A program made the translations under genes and the position numbers. A stretch of DNA of 64,000 nucleotides from Acidobacteriota bacterium (GTDB lineage Bacteria; Acidobacteriota; UBA890; WLXD01): contig CBDFKD010000002.1 of NCBI GenBank assembly GCA_965248695.1, forward strand, positions 1,376,001 to 1,440,000, in the 5' to 3' direction. Positions 9,197 through 19,056 of this stretch are shown piece by piece. The notes under the pieces were generated by a model that was not told the DNA's origin, made no database searches, and saw only the letters and a list, made by a program, of their open reading frames with translations. The stretch's first letter is position 1. Every line of letters begins with the position of its first letter.

Positions 9197-11824
9197 TCAA
9201 TCGGACGGCGCGTTCAACAGGGCATTGAACACCAACTTGAAGGTCCCGTGCGTCTGCGCCCGGTGCTGCGCCCGGAAGCCGATCAGGACCGCCCGACCCT
9301 CACCGTGCCCGACCGATACCATCGCCGCCTTGTCGGCAATGAGCTTTTCGCCCAGCAGCCAGCCGCTCTGGAGGATGTCACGATCGATGAAGGTCACGAT
9401 CCTCTCGACGCGGTGGTTCCGATTGCTGGGGACCACACGGTAGACCTCGTTGCCCTGCAGGAAGGTCGCCAGCGCCGCCTCCGGCATGCCGTACGCGAGC
9501 GCGTTCGTACGATCGACGTCGACGTGAAGTGTCGATCCCGGCGACCAGAATGCGCGCGGTGGCACATCGGCCACGACGTTACGGATCGGGAGATCGAGAG
9601 CGTCGATCGCCAGCTGACCGGACTGCGCGAAGGTAACCAGCGTCCCGCCGGCCTCCACGAACGCCGCGAGCGCGTCGACGCCGTCCTGGCCGAAGCCGCT
9701 GCGGTATTCAGGCGGCCAATCTTCGCGTCGGCCACGGAATCTTCCATCGCCGTCGCCGGTCATGACGTCCGGAGAGTCCGCCGACAGCACGATGACATCG
9801 TAGCTGTCGCTCAGGTTGCCGCCGGTAATGTCGGCATCCAACAGCGTGGTGTACGGGAAGCCGAACATCTCGAGCAACAAGCGCGTCCAGCCCTCGTCCA
9901 TGTTGCCGCCGTAGTAACGCTGATACATGCCGATGCGCTGACGCTCGAGCGCGTAGCTGGCAGCGGACGTGTCGACTTCCAGAGCAGCGAAATCCACGCC
10001 CGTCTGCTCGGCGATGTCGCCTACGGTGCCAGCGGCTGCATCCGTCGACACGACGAAGTCGCCGGCTCGCGCGCCGCCGTCCATGTCCTCGCTGACACGA
10101 CGTACGGCGATGCCGCTATCGAGCATCAGATTCAACGCCTTGAAGGCGTCATTGGCGCGGCCGTCGATGACGTAGCCGTGACTGCCTGGGACCGCCGTGC
10201 CTCGCAACTCGACGTCCGATGTGATCACCGACAATCCCGAGCCGATCGGGGAGTCGACCGGGTCCACGCGCACGCCCATGAACTCCGACATCGTGTCGGT
10301 GGACATGTCGTAGGGGCGAATTGGGTCGTCGTCGCGTGTCCGCGTATACGTGTTGTCGGGATAGAAGGTGCGACCCAGAAGCCAGCGGATCACACCACGC
10401 TTCGGCTGCGCCAACGAGATCACGTGGCTGCCGGCATCGTAGGCCCGGCCCTCGTGGGTGAACGCCCGCTCGGCACGATGAATCTCGATTCCCTGCACGC
10501 GGAGCTTGTTGATCATCCGCGCCGCGGTAAGCGGATCGTGCTGGCTGGCGGGGATCACGAATGCGGCCGGCTTGGCCTCGGCTCCGCGCTGCGTCTGGCG
10601 GCTTGCCTTCAGGTACGCGGTGCGCAGCACCGTCTCGCGATTTCGCGCCGCCAGATCAAGCGCCGCGAGCGCCGCGACCTTCTGCTGCTCGACGATGTCC
10701 CGCACCCGCCACCAGCCTCCGGGCCACGGGTTCGGGAAGGTCGTCTGAGCCTCGTACTCCGGTAGCCCGCGGGTGCCGCCGTTGAGCTGATCCGGGTGCA
10801 GGAACAAGGGCGTCGCCAACCGCGCGCTCGCCGACTCGGTGAGCATCCCGGCGATGTTGTGGAACGGGGTGATCCAGTGGAAGCCGAAGTGTCCCCAGCC
10901 GGAGTACACCGCGGCGTTGACCACCCCCGCGTGGCCGGCCTCCTCCTCCTTGTAGGCAATGTGACCGCCGTACCAGCTCATCTCGCGCCAAACCAGCGGA
11001 TCGCCGTCCGGCCGGATCGGCTCGGCGTACGGCGGCACGTAGAGCCGTGCTGCGTAGGCGCCCATCTGGTGATGATCGATGTACGCCTGCGGGATCCAGT
11101 CACGGAACATGATCTGGGCGCCGTAGACCGACTCCACGGTGTTGGTCTGGAAGGCGTCGCGGTTGTTGTCGTGGCCGATGTAGTGGTGGTACAGCTGCGG
11201 CGGGCCGACGCCCTCGTACTCGGTTCCGAGCGTCTCGTTGTACCAGTCGGTGACGATGATCTCGCCGTCCGGGTTGAAGCACGGGATCATGATCGCGATG
11301 GTGTTGTCGAGTATGCGCATGACCTCGTCGTCGGTGCGGGTGACGAGATCGTACATCAGCTCGGCGGCCATCTGGCTCGCGGCCACCTCGGTCGAGTGCA
11401 GCCCCATGGACTGCACAACCACCGCCTTACCGTCGGTGATCGCCTGCTCGATTGCCGACTCGGTAGCGCCGCGCGGATCGCTGAGCGTTGCGTTGAGTCG
11501 CTGTAGCTCGCCAAAGCGGGCGCGCTCGAGGTTTTCCGGCGCCGAGATGAACAGCACCAGGAACGGATTTCCCAGCGTCGTTGGTCCGATGTTCATCGCC
11601 AGCATGCGCGGGCTGGCGTTGGCCAGCTGTTCGTAATACGTCACCAGCTTGTCCCAGCGGGCCAGCTTGCGATCGGCGCCCATCTGGAACCCGAAGTAGT
11701 CCTCCGGGGACGGAATCGTCGACTGGGCGTTCGCCACCGGCGTGCTGGTGGAGGCAATCACGGCGACGAGAGACAGGGCGGTGATCGCCACCAAGGTGCG
11801 GGTCGGCCGGGGACGACGGTTCAT
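9197..11824 (-). CDS. M14 family zinc carboxypeptidase, exported
   Basis: HSTE zinc motif, NPDG, GHDNNRD, DHHQM; C-terminal GAT-like domain. Confidence 0.88.
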   Translation of the reverse strand: MNRRPRPTRTLVAITALSLVAVIASTSTPVANAQSTIPSPEDYFGFQMGADRKLARWDKLVTYYEQLANASPRMLAMNIGPTTLGNPFLVLFISAPENLERARFGELQRLNATLSDPRGATESAIEQAITDGKAVVVQSMGLHSTEVAASQMAAELMYDLVTRTDDEVMRILDNTIAIMIPCFNPDGEIIVTDWYNETLGTEYEGVGPPQLYHHYIGHDNNRDAFQTNTVESVYGAQIMFRDWIPQAYIDHHQMGAYAARLYVPPYAEPIRPDGDPLVWREMSWYGGHIAYKEEEAGHAGVVNAAVYSGWGHFGFHWITPFHNIAGMLTESASARLATPLFLHPDQLNGGTRGLPEYEAQTTFPNPWPGGWWRVRDIVEQQKVAALAALDLAARNRETVLRTAYLKASRQTQRGAEAKPAAFVIPASQHDPLTAARMINKLRVQGIEIHRAERAFTHEGRAYDAGSHVISLAQPKRGVIRWLLGRTFYPDNTYTRTRDDDPIRPYDMSTDTMSEFMGVRVDPVDSPIGSGLSVITSDVELRGTAVPGSHGYVIDGRANDAFKALNLMLDSGIAVRRVSEDMDGGARAGDFVVSTDAAAGTVGDIAEQTGVDFAALEVDTSAASYALERQRIGMYQRYYGGNMDEGWTRLLLEMFGFPYTTLLDADITGGNLSDSYDVIVLSADSPDVMTGDGDGRFRGRREDWPPEYRSGFGQDGVDALAAFVEAGGTLVTFAQSGQLAIDALDLPIRNVVADVPPRAFWSPGSTLHVDVDRTNALAYGMPEAALATFLQGNEVYRVVPSNRNHRVERIVTFIDRDILQSGWLLGEKLIADKAAMVSVGHGEGRAVLIGFRAQHRAQTHGTFKLVFNALLNAPSD

Positions 11825-11990
11825 TGGCAGCTCCGGGGAGCGACGGTCTGGGTGCGTCGCTTGAGTCAGACGTCGGGTAGACGCGCGCCGCCGCGAGGTG
11901 CGGTGCGACGCGCCTGAGGATACCGAGATGATTGTGGCTGCGCCAACGGAACGGCTCGGCGCACTACGCGCCGGCGGTCCGAGTTGCAGA

Positions 11991-12494
11991 TCAGTCCTGC
12001 GAGACCTCTCCGCAGGCGTCGATCACGACCTTTGCCGACGGCGTTCCGGAGGCGCTACCCACTGCCTCGCAGGCGCGGATTACGTCTAAACCCTCGGACA
12101 CGTGACCGAACACGCAGTGCTTTCCGTCCAGCCACGCCGTGTCGGCGGTGCAGATGAAGAACTGCGAGCCGTTGGTGTTGGGACCGGCATTGGCCATCGA
12201 CAGGATCCCGGCACCGGTGTGCTTGAGGGTGAAGTTCTCGTCGGCGAACTTCTCGCCGTAGATCGACTTGCCGCCTGTACCGTTGTGGTTAGTGAAGTCG
12301 CCCGCCTGGCACATGAAGTTGGGGATGATGCGATGGAACCCCGAGCCGGCGTATCCGAACCCCTTCTCGCCGGTGCAAAGAGCGCGGAAGTTCTCGGAGG
12401 TCTTGGGGGTCTCGTCGCTCAGCTCCATGACCACGCGCCCCGCCGGCTCGCCGTCGATAGTGATGTCGAAGAATACTTCTGCGTATGTGCCCAT
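11991..12494 (-). CDS. Cyclophilin A-type peptidyl-prolyl cis-trans isomerase
   Basis: [64 protein letters not shown]; ATG 12494 after RBS. Confidence 0.95.
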   Translation of the reverse strand: MGTYAEVFFDITIDGEPAGRVVMELSDETPKTSENFRALCTGEKGFGYAGSGFHRIIPNFMCQAGDFTNHNGTGGKSIYGEKFADENFTLKHTGAGILSMANAGPNTNGSQFFICTADTAWLDGKHCVFGHVSEGLDVIRACEAVGSASGTPSAKVVIDACGEVSQD

Positions 12495-12592
12495 CAGAGG
12501 ATCGTTCTCCCAGGTTGTCGTGGTGGATTTGCGGTCGTGGATCAGCGGCGGGGTTCGGGCAACGACACCGTCGACCGCTGTAAGATCGCCCC

Positions 12593-14365
12593 ATGCGACG
12601 AACGGCCAGGATTGTAGCAATGGTGTCAGCGTCCGTAGTCCTGGCGCTCGCCGGCGTGTCGATGTCTGCGCCTCCCGACGATGCGTTGCGGGTGGAGATA
12701 CGCCTGCACCCGGAGACCGCACGGCAGATTGCTGCCCTGGGTCTGGAAACGCCAGTGACCGGGCGCGTGTTCTTCATCCTGTCGCGCGACACGACCTCCG
12801 AACCCCGACTGCAAGTGGGGGTCACGGGGGTGCCGTTGTGGGGCATGGACGTGCACGACTTCGGCGGCGGCGACGCCGTGGTATTGGATGCCAGCGGCGC
12901 TCATGCTTCCGGCGAGCGGTCAGGCGGCGGCGTCATCGGCTACCCGCTCGCGAGCTTCGACACCATCCCGCCGGGCGAGTATTTCGTTCAGCCGTTCCTC
13001 AGCGTATACACACGCTTTGAACGCGCCGACGGGCACGTCGTCGACATGCACCTCAACTCCGGCGCCGGACAGCAGGCTTTCCGCGCCCCGGGCAACGCGT
13101 ACGGCCAGCCGACGCGCCTGCGCATCGACCCGCAAGCCGGCGGTAGCATCGAGCTACAGCTCGACCACGTCATTCCGCCGATCGAGCCGCTGCGCGGCGG
13201 AGAGGTGCTGCAGCAGGGCAACCCTCGCGACCGTGATCAGGTGAAGTTCGTCAAGCTGCGCAGCGAGGTGCTCAGCGGGTTCTGGGGACAGGACATGTAC
13301 ATCGGCGCCAACGTGCTGTTGCCGTTGGGCTATGACCGCGATGCCGATATGGCCTACCCGACTCTCTACCTGCAGGGCGATTTTCCGGGGCGCGCCGCCC
13401 CCTTCGGTTACGGCGACGAAGCGCCCCGAGCCCGATCGGCAGATTTCACCGAGTTCTGGGAATCGGAGGAAGCGCCGCGCATGTTCGCCGTCAGCTTGCG
13501 CGACGCCAACCCCTACTACGACACGGCGTACTCGGTCGACTCCGCCAACGTCGGGCCGTACGGCACGGCGATTACCGAGGAGTTGATGCCGCACCTGGAG
13601 CGCGAGTTCAGGATGATCCCGGAGAGCTGGGCCCGAGTCACGGCCGGCGGCTCCACCGGCGGCTGGGAGGCTCTGGCAGCGCAGATCTTCTACCCCGAGA
13701 CCTTCGGTGGAACGTGGGGCTGGTGCCCCGATCCGGTGGACTTCAACTACTACCAGATCGTCGGTATCTACGAGGACGACAACGCCTACACGACGGGCAA
13801 CGAGTGGCACCGTGTCGAACGGCCGAACGCTCGCCGCCCCGACGGCAACATCACCTCGACCGTGCGCATGGAAAACAACATGGAAAGTGCGCGTGGGCCC
13901 AACAGCCGTTCCGGAGGTCAATGGGCAATCTGGGAAGCAGTGTTCGGCCCGGTCGGCGACAACGGATACCCGGCACCGATCTGGGATCCCGAGAGCGGCG
14001 CGATCGATCGCGAGGTGGCGGAGTATTGGCGTGAGAACTTCGACCTGCATCGCTACCTGCGACAGAACTGGTCGAGCGTCGGGCCAGCGCTACGCGGCAA
14101 GATCCACGTGGCCACCGGCGAGATGGACACCTACTACCTCGAGGAAGCCGTCTACCTGCTGCAGGACTACCTCGACCGAGTCGACAACCCGCCAGCCGAG
14201 GCGTCGTTTGAATACGGCCGCCGCAAGCCGCACTGCTGGATCGGCTACAGCCCCTCCGCATCGGGTGAGGACCTGACCAACTCGGAGTTCGTGCAGGTCG
14301 TGGCCGGTTATCTGGCCGAGCGCGCCCCGGCGGGCGCCGACGTCGGCTGGTTGGATACACGATGA
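12593..14365 (+). CDS. Exported alpha/beta hydrolase (putative esterase family)
   Basis: Signal peptide, [15 protein letters not shown] nucleophile elbow, PDPVDF. Confidence 0.8.
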   Translation: MRRTARIVAMVSASVVLALAGVSMSAPPDDALRVEIRLHPETARQIAALGLETPVTGRVFFILSRDTTSEPRLQVGVTGVPLWGMDVHDFGGGDAVVLDASGAHASGERSGGGVIGYPLASFDTIPPGEYFVQPFLSVYTRFERADGHVVDMHLNSGAGQQAFRAPGNAYGQPTRLRIDPQAGGSIELQLDHVIPPIEPLRGGEVLQQGNPRDRDQVKFVKLRSEVLSGFWGQDMYIGANVLLPLGYDRDADMAYPTLYLQGDFPGRAAPFGYGDEAPRARSADFTEFWESEEAPRMFAVSLRDANPYYDTAYSVDSANVGPYGTAITEELMPHLEREFRMIPESWARVTAGGSTGGWEALAAQIFYPETFGGTWGWCPDPVDFNYYQIVGIYEDDNAYTTGNEWHRVERPNARRPDGNITSTVRMENNMESARGPNSRSGGQWAIWEAVFGPVGDNGYPAPIWDPESGAIDREVAEYWRENFDLHRYLRQNWSSVGPALRGKIHVATGEMDTYYLEEAVYLLQDYLDRVDNPPAEASFEYGRRKPHCWIGYSPSASGEDLTNSEFVQVVAGYLAERAPAGADVGWLDTR

Positions 14366-14444
14366 GCCCGCCCGCCCGACTCCGGACGAGATGCGCCCGG
14401 TGGCATTCTCTTTCGGGCGGTGATCCGCACCTCGGACGCCCCCG

Positions 14445-15080
14445 ATGCTGAAGCTCTACAGTGCACAGATCTGCCCGTTCGCGCAGCGCACTCGCGCTCT
14501 GCTGGTTCACCTCGAGGTGCCGTTCGAGCTCCTGGAGATCGATCTGAGCGACCGTGAGCCCGAGTTCCTGGCGCTGAGTCCGACCGGTCGTGTGCCGATG
14601 CTAGTTGACGGCGATTTCACGCTCTACGAGTCGCAGGTGATCAACGAGTATCTGGCCGACGTCCACGGCTGGCAGGAGGCGTTTCCAGCCGATGCTCAGC
14701 TGCGCGCGCGCCATCGAGTGGCAATGAAGCAGTGGGACGAGATCGTGGTCGACGCGTTCTACGACTCGATGCGCGCCGGGGGAAGCATCGACACCGACCG
14801 ACGTGACCGCATCGGGCGCGAACTGGATGCGCTCGCCACCACGGTAGCCGCGAGCGGAGAGCAACCCGAGAGCCTGCTCGCCTTCCATTGCGCGCCGCAT
14901 TGGGCGCGCATGGATTGGCTGCGCCGGGTCACGAGCCTCGCGGAGCTGGTTGACGATCGCCCGCCACTACATGCCTGGCTGCACAGCACCGTCCAGGCAG
15001 AAGCGATCCGGGATACGCTTCCCGACCGCGAGGTCACCATTACCCGGTACGAGCGGCGATACGCGGCGTCGATCCCGTAG
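14445..15080 (+). CDS. Glutathione S-transferase family (SspA/omega-like)
   Basis: CPFAQR, SPTGRVP, LYESQVINEYL. Confidence 0.88.
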   Translation: MLKLYSAQICPFAQRTRALLVHLEVPFELLEIDLSDREPEFLALSPTGRVPMLVDGDFTLYESQVINEYLADVHGWQEAFPADAQLRARHRVAMKQWDEIVVDAFYDSMRAGGSIDTDRRDRIGRELDALATTVAASGEQPESLLAFHCAPHWARMDWLRRVTSLAELVDDRPPLHAWLHSTVQAEAIRDTLPDREVTITRYERRYAASIP

Positions 15081-15228
15081 TCCGGGCCCTAGGCAGCGCC
15101 GCTGCGGCCCGCTCGCGACCGGCCCGGCTCGCGCTTCGCACGCCCCCGCCAGGTTTGTGACTTCGCCGCTCCATGGGCATCATGAACCGGTCGAAACGTC
15201 CACCAAGGTAGTGAACACGAGGCCTCAT

Positions 15229-17058
15229 ATGGATCCCATCGTCGAGTGTGTCCCGAATTTCTCCGAGGGACGGGACGAGAACGTCATCCGGGAGATCACG
15301 TCCGCTATCGAGGGCGTCGCAGGCGTGCGGCTGATCGACGTAGATCCCGGGGCCGACACGAATCGTACCGTGGTGACGTTCGTCGGCGGGCCCGAGACCG
15401 TTGGCGAGGCCGCCTTCCAGGCGGTCCGACGGGCCGCCGAGCTCATCGACATGCGCCAACATTCCGGCGCTCACCCGCGTTTCGGCGCCACCGACGTGCT
15501 GCCGTTCGTGCCGGTTTCCGGAATCAGCATGGAGGAATGCGCCGCCATCGCGCGACAGGTCGGCGAGCGCATCGGAACCGAGCTCGGTATCCCCGTCTAC
15601 CTGTACGAGCACGCCGCCAGCCGACCGGAGCGCAGCAACCTCTCGCGCGTGCGCGCCGGTGAATACGAGGGTCTGGAAGAAAAGCTCGCCGACCCGGAGT
15701 GGGCGCCCGACTTCGGACCCGCCGAGCTCAATCCGGGCGCCGGCGCCACAGCCGTCGGAGCGCGCGAGTTTCTCGTCGCCTACAACGTCAACCTGAACAC
15801 CACCGACCGCCGCTACGCCAACGAGATCGCCTACACGCTACGTGAGCGCGGCCGCTGGAAGCGAACCGGCAACACGGCGCCTTTCTACTACAAGGGTCAG
15901 GTGGTGAAGTTCCCCGGCGATGGCACGTATCCGTGCGGCCCGTGCGATTTCGTTGGCGCCTCCTTCGAAGAGCTCGAAGCCCACTACCGCGCTGAGCACG
16001 GCGGCGACCTACGGCAACGCTACGAAGACCTCGGCATCGACCCGGACAGCCCCAGCGGCCCGGTGTACACCGATGGCCAGTTCACTCACGTCAAGGGCAT
16101 CGGCTGGGTGATCGACGAGTTCAAGCGCGCCCAGGTGAGCATGAACCTCACCAACACCAAGGAGGCGGCGCTGCACGACGTGCTGGAGGCGGCGCGCGAA
16201 GTCGCCCGCGAGGGCGGTATCGCGATCACCGGGTCCGAGATCGTGGGCGTCGTGCCGTTCGAGGTCATGCGTGACGCGGCGGTGTTTTATTTGCGCCGCA
16301 TGCGCAAATCCACCGGGCTACCGGTACCCGACCTGATGGAGACCGCGATCCAGTCGATGGGGCTGCGCGACGTGGCCCCGTTCGAGGCCGATGACAAGGT
16401 GCTGGCGATGCCGCGCATGGACGGGCCGCTGGTCAACCGCCCGACGTTCGATTTCGTCGACGAGGTCTCGCGAGACTCGCCGGCCCCGGGAGGCGGTTCG
16501 GTCGCCGCTCTGGCCGGCGCCATCGGCGGCGCCCTTGCCACCATGGTGGCCAACCTGAGCGCCGGCAAGGGCGAGTTCGATGACCGCTATGACGAGCTGT
16601 GCTCGATCGCCGAGCGCGGCCAGACCGTCAAGGACGCGCTGCTGCGTGGCGTCGACGCCGATACCAGCGCCTTCGACAAAGTACTCGACGCCATGCGCAT
16701 GCCGCGCGACACGGAAGCCCAACAGGCCGAGCGTGCCGTGGCGATGTTAGAGGGTTACAAGACCGCCACCCGCGTACCGCTGGCAACCGTGCAGCAGTGT
16801 CGCGATGCGCTTCGCCTGTGCCGCGACATGGCCGCGATGGCCGATCCGGAGATGATCAGCGACGCCGGCACCGGTGCCCTGATGGCCCAGGCTGGCGCGC
16901 AGGCTGCTGCCTACAACGTGCGCATCAACCTGCGGCACATCGACGATGCCGACTTTGGCGCCGAGATGCGGGGCGAGATCGAGAGCGCGCTCGGCGAGTG
17001 CGCCACGCTGGCGGCCGAGGTAAGCGCCGAAGTCGAGCGCGTCCTGGCGCAGGAATGA
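15229..17058 (+). CDS. ftcD: Bifunctional glutamate formimidoyltransferase / formiminotetrahydrofolate cyclodeaminase with an inserted zinc-finger segment
   Basis: IVECVPNFSEGRD, HPRFGATDVLPFVP, IPVYLYE, AREFLVAYNVNL, AQVSMNL, SPAPGGGSVAAL. Confidence 0.93.
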   Translation: MDPIVECVPNFSEGRDENVIREITSAIEGVAGVRLIDVDPGADTNRTVVTFVGGPETVGEAAFQAVRRAAELIDMRQHSGAHPRFGATDVLPFVPVSGISMEECAAIARQVGERIGTELGIPVYLYEHAASRPERSNLSRVRAGEYEGLEEKLADPEWAPDFGPAELNPGAGATAVGAREFLVAYNVNLNTTDRRYANEIAYTLRERGRWKRTGNTAPFYYKGQVVKFPGDGTYPCGPCDFVGASFEELEAHYRAEHGGDLRQRYEDLGIDPDSPSGPVYTDGQFTHVKGIGWVIDEFKRAQVSMNLTNTKEAALHDVLEAAREVAREGGIAITGSEIVGVVPFEVMRDAAVFYLRRMRKSTGLPVPDLMETAIQSMGLRDVAPFEADDKVLAMPRMDGPLVNRPTFDFVDEVSRDSPAPGGGSVAALAGAIGGALATMVANLSAGKGEFDDRYDELCSIAERGQTVKDALLRGVDADTSAFDKVLDAMRMPRDTEAQQAERAVAMLEGYKTATRVPLATVQQCRDALRLCRDMAAMADPEMISDAGTGALMAQAGAQAAAYNVRINLRHIDDADFGAEMRGEIESALGECATLAAEVSAEVERVLAQE

Positions 17059-17304
17059 GCATCTAGCTGGCCCACGATCGCCGACTCGAGAGCGCCATCG
17101 GCGCCCGCGCCGAGTCGAGGTTTCCCGCTTAGCGCGCCAGCGCCAACGAGTGGTCGCCGGCGCCAGGCACCCTGGTCATCGCCGCCCCCGAGCACAGTCG
17201 CCAAGCACAAAAACAAACCGCCCGGCGACTGCCCGGACGGGATGTTTACAGCGACAATCAGAAGATTGTACGACAAATCGATATCAAAAGTCAAGTCACT
17301 TCTA

Positions 17305-17336
17305 GGTAGTGTCCTAATTTGAATTAGGACACTACC
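17305..17336. repeat. Perfect 15-bp-arm palindrome at the island's left end
   Basis: GGTAGTGTCCTAATT-TG-AATTAGGACACTACC. Confidence 0.95.
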
Positions 17337-17573
17337 CGCTCTTTGGCCGCGAGTACGTCTCGGATCTCGCTTGCTCGCACCGCACCAGCGTATCGCTTTG
17401 CACTGGAATCGCACGTGAAACGAAATGAGATTGACCCTTAGCACCCCGGCCCCGTCGATACCGCTTTGCGGGGGATACTCGCGCCGCAGGCGTGGCCAGA
17501 TGGACTTTTATCGCTTTATCAGACGTTGCAAGTGTTGTAAAGTCTTGACAATGCCAACTGGGGGAGGTGTGTC

Positions 17574-17738
17574 ATGGCTCGATTCGGCGATTTCTTTGCT
17601 GAACTCAGGCGTAGACAAGCCGGGAAGAGTCTTAGGCAGTTCTGCCTCCATCACGACTTCGATCCCGGCAACATCAGCAAGATCGAGCGCGGCCGACTGT
17701 CGCCGCCTCGCTCACCGGAAAAGCTCGCGACCTACGCC
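17574..17738 (+). pseudogene. XRE-family HTH regulator truncated by IS3
   Basis: RBS GGAGG, then MARFGDFFAELRRRQAGKSLRQFCLHHDFDPGNISKIERGRLSPPRSPEKLATYA, cut by the IS end TGA. Near-palindrome TTGTAAAG-T-CTTGACAA (17535-17551) upstream. Confidence 0.75.
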
Positions 17739-19010
17739 TGACCTGCCCCAAGTGTTTGGGCCACTTCGTAACTCATAGAATCGGTACTGGCAAGAGATTG
17801 TTGGAGCTGGCGAAGCGGAGCGTAGCCGGCTGCAACAACGTCGCTTCGGGTGCAGGCGGTCGATAGCCCAACGAGCTATGGGGCCGCACCTGGTTGTACT
17901 GGCGGCGCCAGCGGTGCACCAAGCACTGCGCCTCCTTGAGCGTGTAGAAGATCTCGCCGTTCAGCAGCTCGTCTCGGAGCTTGCCGTTGAAGCTCTCCAC
18001 ATAGCCGTTTTCCCATGGCGATCCGGGCTCAATGAACAGCGTCTTCACACCGATTCGCTCGAGCCATTCACGCACTGCCCGAGAAGTGAACTCCGGTCCG
18101 TTGTCGGAGCGGATGTGATCGGCAACACCCCGGTTCACGAACAGCTCAGCGAGTCGCTCCAGCACGTTCTCGGAGTTGAGCCTGCGTGCTACATCGATTG
18201 CCAAGCACTCTCTCGTGTACTCATCCACGATCGTCAGTAGACGAAACGCTCGCCCGTCGTGAGTTCGTTCGTGCACGAAGTCATAGGCCCAGACGTGATC
18301 TTTCCTCTCCGGCCGCAGCCGCACGCACGATCCATCATTGCGCCACCAGCGTCCGCGCTTGGGCTGCTTTTTCGGTACCTTCAGCCCCTCACGACGCCAT
18401 AACCGTTCGACCCTCTTGTGATTCACTCGCCACCCCTCACGTACCAACAGCGCCGTGATCCGCCGGTACCCATAGCGCCCGTACTGCGTCGCCAGCTGGG
18501 TCATCCGCTCCACCAGTGCCTTCTCCTCCTGCGGCACCTTGGGCCGATACTGCTGCGTCGAGCGCACCTGGCCCAGTACTCTGCAGGCTCGCCTCTCGGA
18601 CACACCCAACGACTGCTGTGCGTGGTGCACTGCCCGGCTCCGTCGTGCCGGGCTCAGAAGTTTCCCGACGAAACCTCTTTGAGGATGGCGTTGTCGAGCA
18701 TCGTCTCCGCCAGCAACTTCTTGAGCCGGCCGTTTTCCCGCTCCAGCTCCTTGAGTCGCCGTGCCTGATCCACCCTCAGTCCACCGTACTCCTTGCGCCA
18801 CCGGTAATACGTGTTCTCGCTGATTCCCAGCTTGCGGCATGCCTCCGGTGTCTTGGCCCCTTTCGCTAGCTCGATCTCTGCCTCCCTGAGCTTGGCGATG
18901 ATCTGCTCTACAGTGTACCGCTTCCGCGCCCATTCTTCCCCCTTCCCGAGCCATCCTGAGAGCCTCAAATCCTAACTCTCAGACTGGCCCGATTATTGGG
19001 GGGCAGGTCA
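17739..19010 (-). mobile_element. IS3-family element, copy A (orfA ~18654-18933, orfB 17773-~18660)
   Basis: TGACCTGCCCC...GGGGCAGGTCA ends; DDE motifs WAYDF, SDNGPEF, ESFNGKLRDE; slippery G-GGA-AAC followed by a GCCCGGC/GCCGGGC hairpin; no target duplication. Confidence 0.95.
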
Positions 19011-19056
19011 ATCGGCAGACTTGCAATAGATACAAAGTTATATTGGGATCTCCTGC

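Noticed and set aside
9080-10765. Long opposite-strand or alternative-frame ORFs (e.g. 9080-10765, 39159-40484, 40644-41891, 49687-50907, 62626-63708)
   Set aside because: Shadow ORFs expected in high-GC coding DNA; they overlap well-supported genes and show no motifs.
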